Below, piece by piece: positions 37,203-47,851 of a stretch of DNA of 64,000 nucleotides; position 1 is the first letter of the stretch; each line of letters begins with the position of its first letter. The notes beneath the pieces were generated by a model that was given only the letters and a program-made list of their open reading frames with translations, was not told the DNA's origin and did not search any database. Origin of the DNA: an uncultured Desulfovibrionaceae bacterium (GTDB lineage Bacteria > Desulfobacterota > Desulfovibrionia > Desulfovibrionales > Desulfovibrionaceae); contig CAYJHD010000001.1 of the NCBI GenBank assembly GCA_964370015.1, forward strand, positions 16,884 through 80,883. The letters are read 5' to 3'. The translations under genes were made by a program, and so were the position numbers.

Positions 37203-38099
37203 TTATTTCTTTTTCGCGCCGCTATTACTCCAAATAATACCACCAATGATAAGCGCGCCGCTCACCGCATGTACAAAGCTCATGCCTTCCCCCAAAACCA
37301 CATAGGCCTGCAAGCCTGCCCATAAAGGTAAAGTAAAGTAAATACTTGCGCATACGGAAGCTCCGGCCTTACTCAAAGCTACGTTCCACGCCCACCAAGG
37401 TATTATGGAGCTACACACCGCAGAAAAAACAATGCAGAACATCACGGTGGCATTCCAATGGAACACGGCATAGCTTTGTTGCACTTCCCACACGGCACTG
37501 GGAATAAGCATTATGGTGGCTAGAAAAGTCATCCATAGCATAATAGTACCGCTGGAAAGCCCCTTGGGAGGATTTTTAATGACAATACTATACACAGCAA
37601 AGCCCAGGGTGGCGCATACCATGATGATATCCCCCTTGGTGAATTGCAAATGCCATAAACTCCCAAGCTGTCCACCGCTCACCAGATACAAAGCCCCGAG
37701 CAAAGCTAAGCCGCACCCACCCCAACGATGCAAAGAATGTTTTTCACCGCGTAAGGCGTCCAAAATGACAATGAATACGGGTGTGGTCACAGAAAGAAGA
37801 GAGAGGTTCAGTGCCGATGTGCTCTGCGCGGCAAAATAACTCAGCGGTGCAAATGCCGCCACGCCCACCAATGCTCCCAAGGTCATGTGCGGCAAAAAAG
37901 CCTTGGTTAAGGCCCATTCTCGGCGCGCTTGAGGCACCAACACAAAACATAGTAAGAGCAAAGCCAGTAAAGCTCGCGCGGCTCCCAGCGTTAAGGGAGA
38001 AATTTCCCCCACGGCGATGCGCGCCACAATGAGCGATCCTGCCCAAAATATGGTGGCTGTTAAGGCACATATCGCGCCCAAAAGAAGTTGTTTATTCAC
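37203..38099 (-). CDS. DMT superfamily (EamA-like) transporter
   Basis: 298 aa, about 10 TM segments, two-fold internal EamA-like repeat. Confidence 0.8.
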   Translation of the reverse strand: MNKQLLLGAICALTATIFWAGSLIVARIAVGEISPLTLGAARALLALLLLCFVLVPQARREWALTKAFLPHMTLGALVGVAAFAPLSYFAAQSTSALNLSLLSVTTPVFIVILDALRGEKHSLHRWGGCGLALLGALYLVSGGQLGSLWHLQFTKGDIIMVCATLGFAVYSIVIKNPPKGLSSGTIMLWMTFLATIMLIPSAVWEVQQSYAVFHWNATVMFCIVFSAVCSSIIPWWAWNVALSKAGASVCASIYFTLPLWAGLQAYVVLGEGMSFVHAVSGALIIGGIIWSNSGAKKK

Positions 38100-38137
38100 A
38101 GTTTCTTCCCTCTCTTTTATTCCATATGCGCATTATC

Positions 38138-39379
38138 TTAGCTAGATAGTGTCGTCAAATTGCGGAGAAATTCCATGGTAACCTTGGCGGCTATATGTAA
38201 ATCTTGAGGGCATACACTTTCGCGCGGATTATGGCTGATGCCATCTTTACAGCGCACAAAAAGCATGGACACAGGGCACATATGCGCCATCTCTTGCGCA
38301 TCATGCCCAGCCCCGCTGGCTAAATACGTCACGGGCACATTCACACGCTCCATGGCTTTTTTCCACTGATCTTGCAAATTCTCATCACAAGGGGTAGACG
38401 GCACAAGATGCTTTTGCACTAGGGTAAAAGTGGTGCTGTTTTCTGCACAAAAGCTTGCAAGGTCACTCTTAAATTTTTCCATGATGCGGCGTATTTTTTC
38501 TTCATGCGGACTTCGAATATCCACTGAAAAAATCACCCTTTGAGCAATGACATTGGGCGCCCCTGGTTGAGCATGTATATACCCCACCGTGGCCACCACA
38601 TCTTCTTCGGCGCGCACGTCTTGCAAAAGTTTTACCATGGCTTGGCTTGCCGTGAGCATGGGGTCTTGGCGCAAAGCCATGGGGACAGTGCCAGCATGGC
38701 CTGCCATGCCTTCGATACTTACTTCATATAAGCCCAAACTTTGTATGGACGTCACTATGCCCACGGGCAATTGCGCCTTATCAAGCACGGGACCTTGCTC
38801 TATGTGCACCTCCACATAAGCATCCGTGGGCTTGGCTTGCATATGCTTGGCTTGCTCTAGATCTAGACCATATGCCTGCAAAGCTTGCTCAAGGCTTATG
38901 CCATCTTCATCTTGACTTAACCACAAGGAAGGCTCGCAACGTCCATTGAAGGCTCTGCTACCAAGGTAATCCGTATGAAAACGCACCCCTTCTTCATCGG
39001 CAAAGGCCACCACCGAAACATTACAAAAAAGTTGATTTTGGCCAATAAGCTCACCCACACAAAAAATAGCTAAAATAATACCCAAGGCACCATCATATTT
39101 TCCGCCACTTTTTACTGAGTCTTGATGCGACCCCATAACAATATTTTTTGCTTTAATATCATACACATAACGGCCAACAACATTACCAATGGCGTCCATT
39201 TCCACCTGCAAGCCGGCCTCTTCCATGAGCTGCTGTATATATAAAGAAGCCGCTTTATGCTCCTTGGTGAAGGGCAAACGCGTGACCCCCTCAGCAGAAG
39301 TAGAAAAAAAACTCAGTTTTTCTAAACAAGTGAAAATTTTCCCACCAAAATGTATATTTTTGCTGCTTTTGTCGCCCAT
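38138..39379 (-). CDS. M20 Zn-dependent amidohydrolase, allantoate amidohydrolase / N-carbamoyl-amino-acid hydrolase (AllC/AmaB) family, paralog 1
   Basis: EGVTRLPFTKEHKAASLYIQQLMEEAGLQVEMDAIGNVVGRY, MGSHQDSVKSGGKYDGALGI, AFADEEG, ASGAGHDA. The last 8 codons lie in a copy of the MITE end. Confidence 0.85.
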   Translation of the reverse strand: MGDKSSKNIHFGGKIFTCLEKLSFFSTSAEGVTRLPFTKEHKAASLYIQQLMEEAGLQVEMDAIGNVVGRYVYDIKAKNIVMGSHQDSVKSGGKYDGALGIILAIFCVGELIGQNQLFCNVSVVAFADEEGVRFHTDYLGSRAFNGRCEPSLWLSQDEDGISLEQALQAYGLDLEQAKHMQAKPTDAYVEVHIEQGPVLDKAQLPVGIVTSIQSLGLYEVSIEGMAGHAGTVPMALRQDPMLTASQAMVKLLQDVRAEEDVVATVGYIHAQPGAPNVIAQRVIFSVDIRSPHEEKIRRIMEKFKSDLASFCAENSTTFTLVQKHLVPSTPCDENLQDQWKKAMERVNVPVTYLASGAGHDAQEMAHMCPVSMLFVRCKDGISHNPRESVCPQDLHIAAKVTMEFLRNLTTLSS

Positions 39380-39393
39380 TTTCCTCTACCTTC

Positions 39394-39422
39394 TTGACAA
39401 AACATATTTATTACCTTACTAA
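39394..39422 (+). promoter_or_regulatory. Candidate sigma-70-type promoter for the second YjiH/hydroxylase operon
   Basis: TTGACA (39394-39399), 17-nt spacer, TACTAA (39417-39422). Pattern match only. Confidence 0.3.
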
Positions 39423-39546
39423 GAGAGAAACATATCAAAAATGAAACTACCATTTTACGATGTGAAACTCAATCTCTATTAGGAGCCAGCTCGCAACAAC
39501 AAAGACGAGACGCATTTCATCATTTAACACGTTAACGGAGTCCACA

Positions 39547-40896
39547 ATGACAGCAATTCCACAGCCAAACTGTACACCACAAACTTCGCAAGGAAGTATC
39601 CCCAAATTTATACTACTTAGTATTATAGGGTTATTTATTTTCTTTGTACCTGTAAGTGAAGGTCGCGTTCCATTAGTTATGCTAGTGACGTTTATTAAAG
39701 ACACCTTAAAAAATGCTAACTTGCTTCCCTACCTTGCTTTGGGCATCAGCGCATCCCTCATGGTGACGCTTTTCCTTGGCAAAGTGATGAAAATTCCTTT
39801 CTTTAAACGTCACCATAAAGGTGATACTGCATTCCGTATTTCTTTTTACGTGGCAGGACTTATCCTTAGCGTTATGATTTTAACCAAGCAAGCTCCAGCC
39901 TTTATTTTAGACCCCGAAGTGGGCGGTTTAGCTTTATATCTTTCTGCTGTTATTTTCTTAACTGTATCTTTGGCCGGGTGGCTTGTTTCCATCATCTTAA
40001 ATTCCGGCATCGTGGAATTCATGGCCGTTATTTTAGAACCCATCATGCGCCCTGCATTTAAGCTCCCCGGCGACTCCGCTGTGGACGCCATGTCTGCCTT
40101 TGTATCTTCTTCCGCTGTGGGTGTATACATCGCTGACCAACACTACCTTGATGGTAGATATACCCGCAAAGAAGCCTATGGTGTTGTGACCAACTTCTGC
40201 GTCATGAGCGTAGGTTACATGGGCGTTATTTCCGGCATTGGCAATGTATCTCAATATTTTACTGAAATTGTGCTCACCATTTTTGCTTCTGTTTTCATCA
40301 TTACAGCCATTATGATGCGCCTGCCTCCCATTGCCACCCTTCCCGGTATTTACAATGACGGTAGCACCCAAACTCCTGAGCAAAGAAAGCCTGTAAAGCG
40401 CGCAAATCGCTTTAAGGATGCCGTGGACATTGCTGTACAACAATCTGCACATTTTAACATTCCTTCTTTTGGTAAGAGCTTCATTTCCGCCATCTTCTTT
40501 GGGCAAAAAATTGTGGGCTTCTTAATGTGTATCGTTGTGTTAGCCATGGCTACCTACTACTACACACCTGTGTTCACCATCATCGGTCAGCCCATGGCAC
40601 CAGTACTAGACTTCTTTGGAATTCCTGATGCTGCCAAAATTGGCGCTGCCACCCTTATTGGTTTCATCGACGTAACCTTGCCTGCCATTGCTGTTTCTGA
40701 TCCTAGCATTGCACCCATGGCAGCTTTCTTCATCGTCGCTTTGTCCGCCGTACAAGTTATCTCTGTATCTGAAGCCGCCATCGCCATGGTGGAAGCTCAC
40801 TTCATGGTACGCGTATGGCACTTATTAGTTATTTTTGTATTGCGTACAGCCATTGCCATTCCTGTGGTAGCTGCATCCGCACACTTCTTTTTTTAA
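39547..40896 (+). CDS. YjiH-type membrane protein, paralog 2
   Basis: IVEFMAVILEPIMRPAFKLPGDSAVDAMSAFVSSSAVGVYIA and an overall TM pattern parallel to 32022-33353. Confidence 0.7.
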   Translation: MTAIPQPNCTPQTSQGSIPKFILLSIIGLFIFFVPVSEGRVPLVMLVTFIKDTLKNANLLPYLALGISASLMVTLFLGKVMKIPFFKRHHKGDTAFRISFYVAGLILSVMILTKQAPAFILDPEVGGLALYLSAVIFLTVSLAGWLVSIILNSGIVEFMAVILEPIMRPAFKLPGDSAVDAMSAFVSSSAVGVYIADQHYLDGRYTRKEAYGVVTNFCVMSVGYMGVISGIGNVSQYFTEIVLTIFASVFIITAIMMRLPPIATLPGIYNDGSTQTPEQRKPVKRANRFKDAVDIAVQQSAHFNIPSFGKSFISAIFFGQKIVGFLMCIVVLAMATYYYTPVFTIIGQPMAPVLDFFGIPDAAKIGAATLIGFIDVTLPAIAVSDPSIAPMAAFFIVALSAVQVISVSEAAIAMVEAHFMVRVWHLLVIFVLRTAIAIPVVAASAHFFF

Positions 40897-40957
40897 AACA
40901 TTCTTCCATGAGTAATGGTAGAGCCCATACACATCCCTGCGGTAAGGAGATTTAGCC

Positions 40958-41830
40958 GTGAAACAAAGTAAAGCACAAGAATTCATCTGTCCCACCACAT
41001 TACAAGAAGCCGTGGAGGCTTTTGCCAAAGTTCAAGGCAAAGCCCTCTACTTAGCCGGTGCCACCGATGTTTTCGCCGAAAACAGCCAAGCAGATGCCTT
41101 CATTGATGTTACCCAAATTGGTTTAAACTATATGGAAGAGCGTGGTTCTGTCATCGCCATTGGCGCTGCCACCACCTTCAGTGACATCATAGCTTCCCCT
41201 CTTATGCAAGAAAAATGCACCGTTCTTTATGACGCTGCCAAGGTTCTTGCCGATAAAACCATTCGCAACGTGGCCACTTTTGCTGGCAACCTTGCTTCTG
41301 CTTTGCCCTCTGGCGATGCCATCCCCACCGTATATGTGACCCAAGCAGAACTTGTGCTCGTAAGCCCTGAAGGCGAACGTCGCGTTAAGGGTGAAGACTT
41401 TTTCACTGGCCCTCGCCAAACCGTGCTCAAACAAGGCGAACTCATTAAAGAAATACTTGTGCCAGCTTGTTGCGCTGCCCATAACAACGGAACTGCTTTT
41501 GAAAAAATTGCCAGAAACTCCGTTGATATTGCCGTGGCCAATGCCGGTGCCTATGTGGCCGTTAATGAAAAGCAAGAAGTCACCGACATTTGCCTCGCCC
41601 TTGGTGCTGTGGGCCCTACCGTTATGCGTGCTAAAAATGTGGAAGCCGCCCTTCAAGGCGCAGTGCTCACAGAAGAAGCTGTCAGCGCAGCCGTGGAAAA
41701 ACTGCCCGCAGACATTGCTCCCATTGACAATGTGCGCAGTACTGCCACCTATCGCCATGATGTAAGTAAGGTGCTTGCACAACGCGCCATCATGCGTGCC
41801 TACGATCAAGCCCTGAATAAAAAAGCATAA
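40958..41830 (+). CDS. FAD-binding subunit, set 2
   Basis: GTG start with RBS TAAGGAGA. LAGATDVFAEN, ATFAGNLASALPSGD; 290 aa. Confidence 0.88.
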   Translation: MKQSKAQEFICPTTLQEAVEAFAKVQGKALYLAGATDVFAENSQADAFIDVTQIGLNYMEERGSVIAIGAATTFSDIIASPLMQEKCTVLYDAAKVLADKTIRNVATFAGNLASALPSGDAIPTVYVTQAELVLVSPEGERRVKGEDFFTGPRQTVLKQGELIKEILVPACCAAHNNGTAFEKIARNSVDIAVANAGAYVAVNEKQEVTDICLALGAVGPTVMRAKNVEAALQGAVLTEEAVSAAVEKLPADIAPIDNVRSTATYRHDVSKVLAQRAIMRAYDQALNKKA

Positions 41831-41853
41831 GCGTTCGTTAAAAAGGATAAGAC

Positions 41854-42330
41854 ATGAAATACCCCATTACACTTTGTATCAATGGCATAGAAAGAGAAGC
41901 CCTTGTGAGCGCCGGCACCACATTAACCTCCCTCTTACGCGATGAATTTCGCTTAACCGGTGGCAAGATTGGCTGCGACGATGGCGATTGCGGCGCTTGC
42001 ACAGTTATTGTGGATGGAAAGGCTGTAAAGTCTTGCATCTACCCCGCAGTACGCGCCAATGGTAAAAATGTTACCACCATCGAAGGCGTGGCTGTGAACG
42101 GTGTTCTGCATCCCCTCCAAGAAAAGTTTGTGGAATTTGCCTCCATCCAATGCGGTTATTGTTCTCCCGGTTTCATCATGGCCGCCAAAGCCATGCTTGA
42201 CGCCAACCCCAATCCCACCGAAGAAGAAGCAAAAGATTGTATTTCTGGTAACATCTGCCGCTGTACTGGTTATGTGAAGCCTGTACAAGCCATCATGGCA
42301 GCAGCACAAGAAATGAAGAAGGGGAACTAA
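41854..42330 (+). CDS. (2Fe-2S)-binding subunit, set 2
   Basis: GCDDGDCGACTV, CGYCSPGF, CRCTGY. Confidence 0.92.
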   Translation: MKYPITLCINGIEREALVSAGTTLTSLLRDEFRLTGGKIGCDDGDCGACTVIVDGKAVKSCIYPAVRANGKNVTTIEGVAVNGVLHPLQEKFVEFASIQCGYCSPGFIMAAKAMLDANPNPTEEEAKDCISGNICRCTGYVKPVQAIMAAAQEMKKGN

Positions 42331-42332
42331 TC

Positions 42333-44621
42333 ATGAGCACCTACAAAGTATTAGGAAAATCCTTAGAAAGAAGCGACGCACGCAATAAAGTCACCGGCGC
42401 CGCCGAATACACCACCGACATGCACATCCCCGGCATGACCATTGCCAAAGCTGTGCGTTGCCCTTATGCCCATGCCAAAATCATTTCCATGAACAAAGCA
42501 GAAGTGGAAGCTTTGCCCGGCGTTATTCGCGTTGTCACATGGGAAGACTTACCAAGAAAGCGTTACTGCACCGCCGGTTATCCCAAGGAAACCATCCCCG
42601 GTGTGGCCAAGGGTGTGGATCCTGAATTCCTCTTTGACAAATACATTTTAGATCAAGAGCTGCATTATGAAGGCGAAATTGCCGCCGTGGTAGTGGCAGA
42701 AAATGAAGATATTGCCGAAGCTGCTGCGCTCAAACTCAACATTGAATACGAAGAGCTTCCCTTTGTCACAGAAATCGACGACGCTCTTGCCCCCGATGCA
42801 CCCTTTGTGCATGGTGGCTCCAGAAAGAACGTCATCGATGCTGAAATGAGCAAAGGCGATGTGGAAGAAGGCTTTAAGCAAGCTGACCACATCTTTGAAG
42901 ACACATATTTCATGCATCCACAACAGCATGTATGTATGGAGCCTTGCTGCACCATTGCTAAGGAAGATCCTTCCGGTCGTATCACCGTATGGTCCACCAC
43001 ACAGGTGCCCTACCACACCAGAAGAAATATCGCCGAAACCTTAGATATTCCCATTAGCAAAATCCGTGTTATCAAGCCCACCCTTGGCGGCGGTTTTGGC
43101 GAAAGACAAATGGTCATCAATGAAATCCTCTTGGTTGCCATCACTCGTTTCATCAAGCGTCCCGTGAAGATGATCATGACACGTCAAGAAAACTTGGCCT
43201 ATGTGTCCTTCCGTCACGAAGCCCGCATTAGCCTTAAGACCGGCGTGAAAAATGACGGCTCCATTGTGGCTTACCAAATGAAGGTACAATCCAATGCCGG
43301 TGCGTACACAGGTCACAGCCCCTATGTGACCAAGGCCATGGCCACCAAGCTTCCTTATCGCATTCCCAATGTGCAATTTAACGCTGAGATTGTGTTCACC
43401 AACCGTGCAGAAGGCGGCGCCTTCCGTGGTTATGGTAACCCACAAATGGCCTTTGCCCGCGAAACACATTTGGACCGCATTGCCGAAGCTTTGAATTTGG
43501 ATCCGGTGGCATTCCGCCGCTTAAACGTGGTGCGCGTGGGTGAAGCCAACCCCGTGGCTCTAAAATCCCCGTGGATTTTGCAAAGTAATGGTTTAGAAGA
43601 GTGCCTTGACAAGGGCATGGAAGCCATTGGTTGGGATAAGCCCCTGCCTTCCGCCACCCCAGGTAAGCTCTATGGTCGCGGTCTTTCTTGTTCCTTGCAC
43701 GTGACAGGCACCTCAGCGGAACCGGACTTCTCCTCTGCGCAAGTGAAGGTCAACGAAGACGGCACCGTGATTTTGCTCATCGGTTCCCCAGACTTGGGTC
43801 AAGGTTCCGACACAGCTCACTCCATGATTTGCGCCGAAACCCTTGGCGTGCGTTATGAAGATATTTACTGCTACTCTGCCGATACCGACGTGACTTCCTT
43901 CGACATGGGTTCTTACGCATCGCGTCAAACCTATGTGGCAGGTAATGCCGTGTATCTTGCTGCGCAAAAAGCCAAAGAAAAGCTCATCCGTTTTGGTAGC
44001 GAAAAGACTGGCTTAAAGCGCGGTCACTTGAATATTAAGGAAGGCTGGCTTGTGCGTGTGGAAAATGAAGAGCGCATCATGCCTTTGGCTGAAGTGGCTT
44101 ACTATGGTCTCTATCAAGCTCCAGACCCAGAGTTCATCGACGAAACCGCTTCTTATTCTGCCCTCAACTGCCCACCGGCCTTTGGTGCAGACTTCTGCGA
44201 ACTTGAAGTGGACGAAGCCACCGGCGCTGTGAACATTCTTCACTTTGTGGCCGCCCATGACACCGGTACCGCCGTGAACCCTGCCCTCATCGAAGGTCAG
44301 ATTGAAGGTTGTATCTCTCAAGGCATAGGTCAAACCTTCATGGAAGATATGATCTACAACAGCCGTGGCAAACTCATGAACGACACATTCAAAGATTACA
44401 AAGTGCCCCGCGCCAATGACATGCCCCCCATCACTTCCATCATTGTGGAAGCTTATGAGCCTTCCGGCCCCTTTGGTGCCAAGAGTGTGGGCGAAATGGC
44501 TGTGGCACCCGTGCCTGGTGCCATTGTAAACGCTTTGTACCAAGCCACAGGCGTACGTTTCACACATTTGCCCATTTCCAAGGGCGATATTTTACAAGCG
44601 CTTAAAGACAAGAAGGCATAA
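42333..44621 (+). CDS. Xanthine dehydrogenase family molybdopterin-binding subunit, set 2
   Basis: 762 aa. KVTGAAEYTTDM, GGGFGER, GGAFRGYG, FGAKSVGEMAVAPVPGA. Confidence 0.9.
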   Translation: MSTYKVLGKSLERSDARNKVTGAAEYTTDMHIPGMTIAKAVRCPYAHAKIISMNKAEVEALPGVIRVVTWEDLPRKRYCTAGYPKETIPGVAKGVDPEFLFDKYILDQELHYEGEIAAVVVAENEDIAEAAALKLNIEYEELPFVTEIDDALAPDAPFVHGGSRKNVIDAEMSKGDVEEGFKQADHIFEDTYFMHPQQHVCMEPCCTIAKEDPSGRITVWSTTQVPYHTRRNIAETLDIPISKIRVIKPTLGGGFGERQMVINEILLVAITRFIKRPVKMIMTRQENLAYVSFRHEARISLKTGVKNDGSIVAYQMKVQSNAGAYTGHSPYVTKAMATKLPYRIPNVQFNAEIVFTNRAEGGAFRGYGNPQMAFARETHLDRIAEALNLDPVAFRRLNVVRVGEANPVALKSPWILQSNGLEECLDKGMEAIGWDKPLPSATPGKLYGRGLSCSLHVTGTSAEPDFSSAQVKVNEDGTVILLIGSPDLGQGSDTAHSMICAETLGVRYEDIYCYSADTDVTSFDMGSYASRQTYVAGNAVYLAAQKAKEKLIRFGSEKTGLKRGHLNIKEGWLVRVENEERIMPLAEVAYYGLYQAPDPEFIDETASYSALNCPPAFGADFCELEVDEATGAVNILHFVAAHDTGTAVNPALIEGQIEGCISQGIGQTFMEDMIYNSRGKLMNDTFKDYKVPRANDMPPITSIIVEAYEPSGPFGAKSVGEMAVAPVPGAIVNALYQATGVRFTHLPISKGDILQALKDKKA

Positions 44622-44635
44622 TAAAAGGAAATTTT

Positions 44636-46978
44636 ATGACCACATACGCACCAGAAACCTTTATAGTTGGGAAAAACCAAAGCAAGCATGATGCCCTGCT
44701 CAAAGCAACAGGGCAAATGCAATATACCGGAGATATGACCTTCCCCGATATGTTGCATTGTAAAGTGCTGCGCAGTCCCCACGCCCATGCCCTTGTGAAG
44801 AGCATTGACGTTTCCGAGGCTCTTGCCATGGAAGGCGTTGTTGATGTTATCACACATGACGATTGTCCTAAAATTTTAAGCATGCACCAATTTCTGCACG
44901 TGCCAGAAATCATGTACTATGACAGCTACATTTTAGAAAATCATGCCCGTCACGTGGGTGACCGCATAGCCGCCGTGGCCGCGGAAAGCGAAGAAATTGC
45001 CTTGGCAGCTTTGAAAAAAATCAAGGTGGAATATGAAATTCTCCCTTGCGCTGTGACACCAGAGCAAGCCCTTGCCGAAAATGCTCCGCAAATTCACCAT
45101 GAAGCTCGTCGCGGCGATAAGCCCGTGGAGTTCAATGGTAGCAATATCCTTGAAACCAAGGACGTAAGCATTGGTGATACGGATAAATGCTTTGCAGAGT
45201 CCGACACCATCATTGAGCGTACCTACAAAACTTCTCGTCCAAACCCAGCCATGCTTGAGCGCACTTGCGTCATAGCCAAGAAGCGTTTGGACGGACGCAT
45301 TGATATGTGGGCCACATCCCAAGGTATTCATGCCATGCGCATGAACGTTTCCCATTCCTTGGGCGTGCCCGTGAGCAAAATCAATTGCAACAGAATGTAC
45401 CTTGGCGGTGCCTTTGGTGCGCACATCCACACTGGCTTCATTGAAAACATCGCCGCTCTGCTCACCATGCGTACCGGTCGCCCTGTGCGCTGCGAAAAGA
45501 GCCGTGAAGAAATCTTCATGTCTTGTGGACGTCACCCCATGATTCTTAAGCTTCGTGTGGGCTTCTTAAAAGACGGCACCATGAAGGCTTTCCACGTGGA
45601 CGTCACCGACGACACCGGCGGCTATGCTTTCTCCGGTAGCTCCAAGCTTTCTTTATCTTGTGGCTTTTCCATGTCCATGTACAAGTCTGAAAGCTTGCGC
45701 ATGACGGGTCGCTCCATTTACACCAACACGCCTCCCATGTCTGCCATGCGCGGCGCGGGTAACCCCCAAGCCAACTGGGCCGTGGAAAGCTTCATGAACG
45801 AAGCGGCCAAAGAGCTGAACATCGACCCCATTGCCTTGCGCATGAAGAACAACCTTGGCGTGGGCGATATCTTCTACGGTCAAGGCCCAGATGTGCGCGC
45901 ACGCATTCAAAGCTGTGGAACTCCGGAGCTTTTAGCCGTGGGCGCAGCCAAAATTGGCTGGGAAGAGCGCAAAAAAATCAACCGCACACCGTATCCTGAT
46001 AAGCCATGGATTAAGCGCGGCATTGGTTTTGCTCGTGGTTTCCACACCTCAGGTTGCGGTTCTGAAAAGCCCAACCGCTACATCATCGACCATAGCGCAT
46101 GCTTCTTGAAAATGAACGAAGACGGCACAGCTCAGCTCATGAACTCTTGTGCTGACCTTGGCACAGGCGTGCTTTCTGCACACCAAGCCATTGTTGCCGA
46201 AACATTGGGTATCAGCTTTGACCAAGTCATTGTGAACCTTGGCGACACCGACACCACACCTTTTGACGGTCCCACCCACGCCAGCCGTGGTTTGTATGGT
46301 TCCGGTCAAGCTGTGCATGCCGCCGCCAAGAAAATCCGCGTGAAGCTTTTGGAATGGGCCGCTCGTTTCCTTTCTTGCGGTACAGAAGACATTGAGCTTC
46401 GCAACAATCAGGCTTATTTCCATAATGATCCTAGCCGTTGCGTTTCCATTGCAGACATTGTATCCACCGCGCACTTCAGCGGTTGGGGCACAGCCACTGC
46501 AGAAGCTGCGGTTCGTCCCAATTGTTGTCCTCCTCACTTCGTGGTTATCTTCATCGAAGCCGATGTGGACACCCACACAGGTAAAGTGGACGTGGTTCGC
46601 GCCATCAGTGGCGTGGATACCGGCACTCCCATCAACCTGCTCAACGTGGAAGGACAAATGGAAGGCGGTATGCATATGGGCCTTGGTTTTGCGCTCATGG
46701 AAGACGCGCTCATTGACCCAGAAAATGGCCACTTGCTCAATGCAAACTTTGCCGACTATAAAATGTTGACCATGCAAGACATGCCACGTGTGGAAAAGTT
46801 CTTAGCCAATATCTATGAACCTTCCGGCCCCTTTGGTGCCAAGGCCATTGGCGAAGGCGTAACCAACCCCATTGCCGCCGCCGTGGCCGACGCCATTGAC
46901 GACGCTGTGGGTGTACGCATTCGTGATTTGCCCTGCTCGCCAGAAAAAATCCTTAAAGCACTAAACGTTCTTGCATAA
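44636..46978 (+). CDS. Xanthine dehydrogenase family molybdopterin-binding subunit, set 3
   Basis: 780 aa. KATGQMQYTGDM, GGAFGAH, MSAMRGAGNPQ, FGAKAIGEGVTNPIAAA. Confidence 0.9.
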   Translation: MTTYAPETFIVGKNQSKHDALLKATGQMQYTGDMTFPDMLHCKVLRSPHAHALVKSIDVSEALAMEGVVDVITHDDCPKILSMHQFLHVPEIMYYDSYILENHARHVGDRIAAVAAESEEIALAALKKIKVEYEILPCAVTPEQALAENAPQIHHEARRGDKPVEFNGSNILETKDVSIGDTDKCFAESDTIIERTYKTSRPNPAMLERTCVIAKKRLDGRIDMWATSQGIHAMRMNVSHSLGVPVSKINCNRMYLGGAFGAHIHTGFIENIAALLTMRTGRPVRCEKSREEIFMSCGRHPMILKLRVGFLKDGTMKAFHVDVTDDTGGYAFSGSSKLSLSCGFSMSMYKSESLRMTGRSIYTNTPPMSAMRGAGNPQANWAVESFMNEAAKELNIDPIALRMKNNLGVGDIFYGQGPDVRARIQSCGTPELLAVGAAKIGWEERKKINRTPYPDKPWIKRGIGFARGFHTSGCGSEKPNRYIIDHSACFLKMNEDGTAQLMNSCADLGTGVLSAHQAIVAETLGISFDQVIVNLGDTDTTPFDGPTHASRGLYGSGQAVHAAAKKIRVKLLEWAARFLSCGTEDIELRNNQAYFHNDPSRCVSIADIVSTAHFSGWGTATAEAAVRPNCCPPHFVVIFIEADVDTHTGKVDVVRAISGVDTGTPINLLNVEGQMEGGMHMGLGFALMEDALIDPENGHLLNANFADYKMLTMQDMPRVEKFLANIYEPSGPFGAKAIGEGVTNPIAAAVADAIDDAVGVRIRDLPCSPEKILKALNVLA

Positions 46979-47841
46979 TGGAGTTTGGTATGCATTCCCT
47001 AGAGTTTTATACCCCAAATACAGTAGAAGAAGCCTGCACGCTCTTACAAGAGCTGGGCTCCAAAGCCACCGTTCTTGCCGGCGGTACCGACGTTGTCATG
47101 CGTCACAACAAAGGCATTGTGGCTTATGAAAAAATGGTGAGCATTGCCAAGCTTGATGCTTTACGCGGCATCACAGAAAAAGACGGCGCCTTGTGCATTG
47201 GTGCATTAACAACCCATGCGCAAGTGGCAGAAAATGCCCTTGTGAAAGAGCATTTCCCTGCTCTGGCCCATGCTTGCTTACAAGTGGGCTCCGCACTCAT
47301 TCGTAATCGCGGCACCGTGGGCGGCAATATTTGTAATGCTTCCCCCGTGGCAGATTCCGTATGTGCACTCATGGCCTTAAACGCCACCTTCTGCCTACAA
47401 AGTGTCAACGGCACACGCCAAGTGGCCGTGGCGGACTTTTTCACAGGTCCCGGTCAATGCGTACGCAAGGCAGATGAATTGCTCACCTGCATATGCATTC
47501 CTTTGGCCAAGCAAGAACAATGTTTCTCCAAGCTTGGTCCCAGAAAAAATGCCGACATTGCTGTGGTGAACATGGCCTTTGCCTTTGAAATGCAAAGCGG
47601 CGTTGTGGCACAAGCCAAGGTGGCCTTTGGTGCTGTGGCTCCCACCGTCATTCGCATCAGCCAAGCTGAACAGCTCATGAATGGTAAAAAGCCTGCCGAA
47701 CTAGACCTTGACGCCATCGCCCAAGCATGCGAAGCCGGTGTACGCCCCATCAGCGACTGGCGCGGTAGTAAAGAATACCGTACAAAAACGGCTTACTTCC
47801 TCGTGCGTGATGCCTTGGAAGCCTTGATAAAAAAATTATAG
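46978..47841 (+). CDS. FAD-binding subunit, set 3
   Basis: TAATG overlap with the set 3 Mo subunit. LAGGTDVVMRH, GTVGGNICNASPVADS. Confidence 0.88.
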   Translation: MEFGMHSLEFYTPNTVEEACTLLQELGSKATVLAGGTDVVMRHNKGIVAYEKMVSIAKLDALRGITEKDGALCIGALTTHAQVAENALVKEHFPALAHACLQVGSALIRNRGTVGGNICNASPVADSVCALMALNATFCLQSVNGTRQVAVADFFTGPGQCVRKADELLTCICIPLAKQEQCFSKLGPRKNADIAVVNMAFAFEMQSGVVAQAKVAFGAVAPTVIRISQAEQLMNGKKPAELDLDAIAQACEAGVRPISDWRGSKEYRTKTAYFLVRDALEALIKKL

Positions 47842-47851
47842 GAACATTGTC

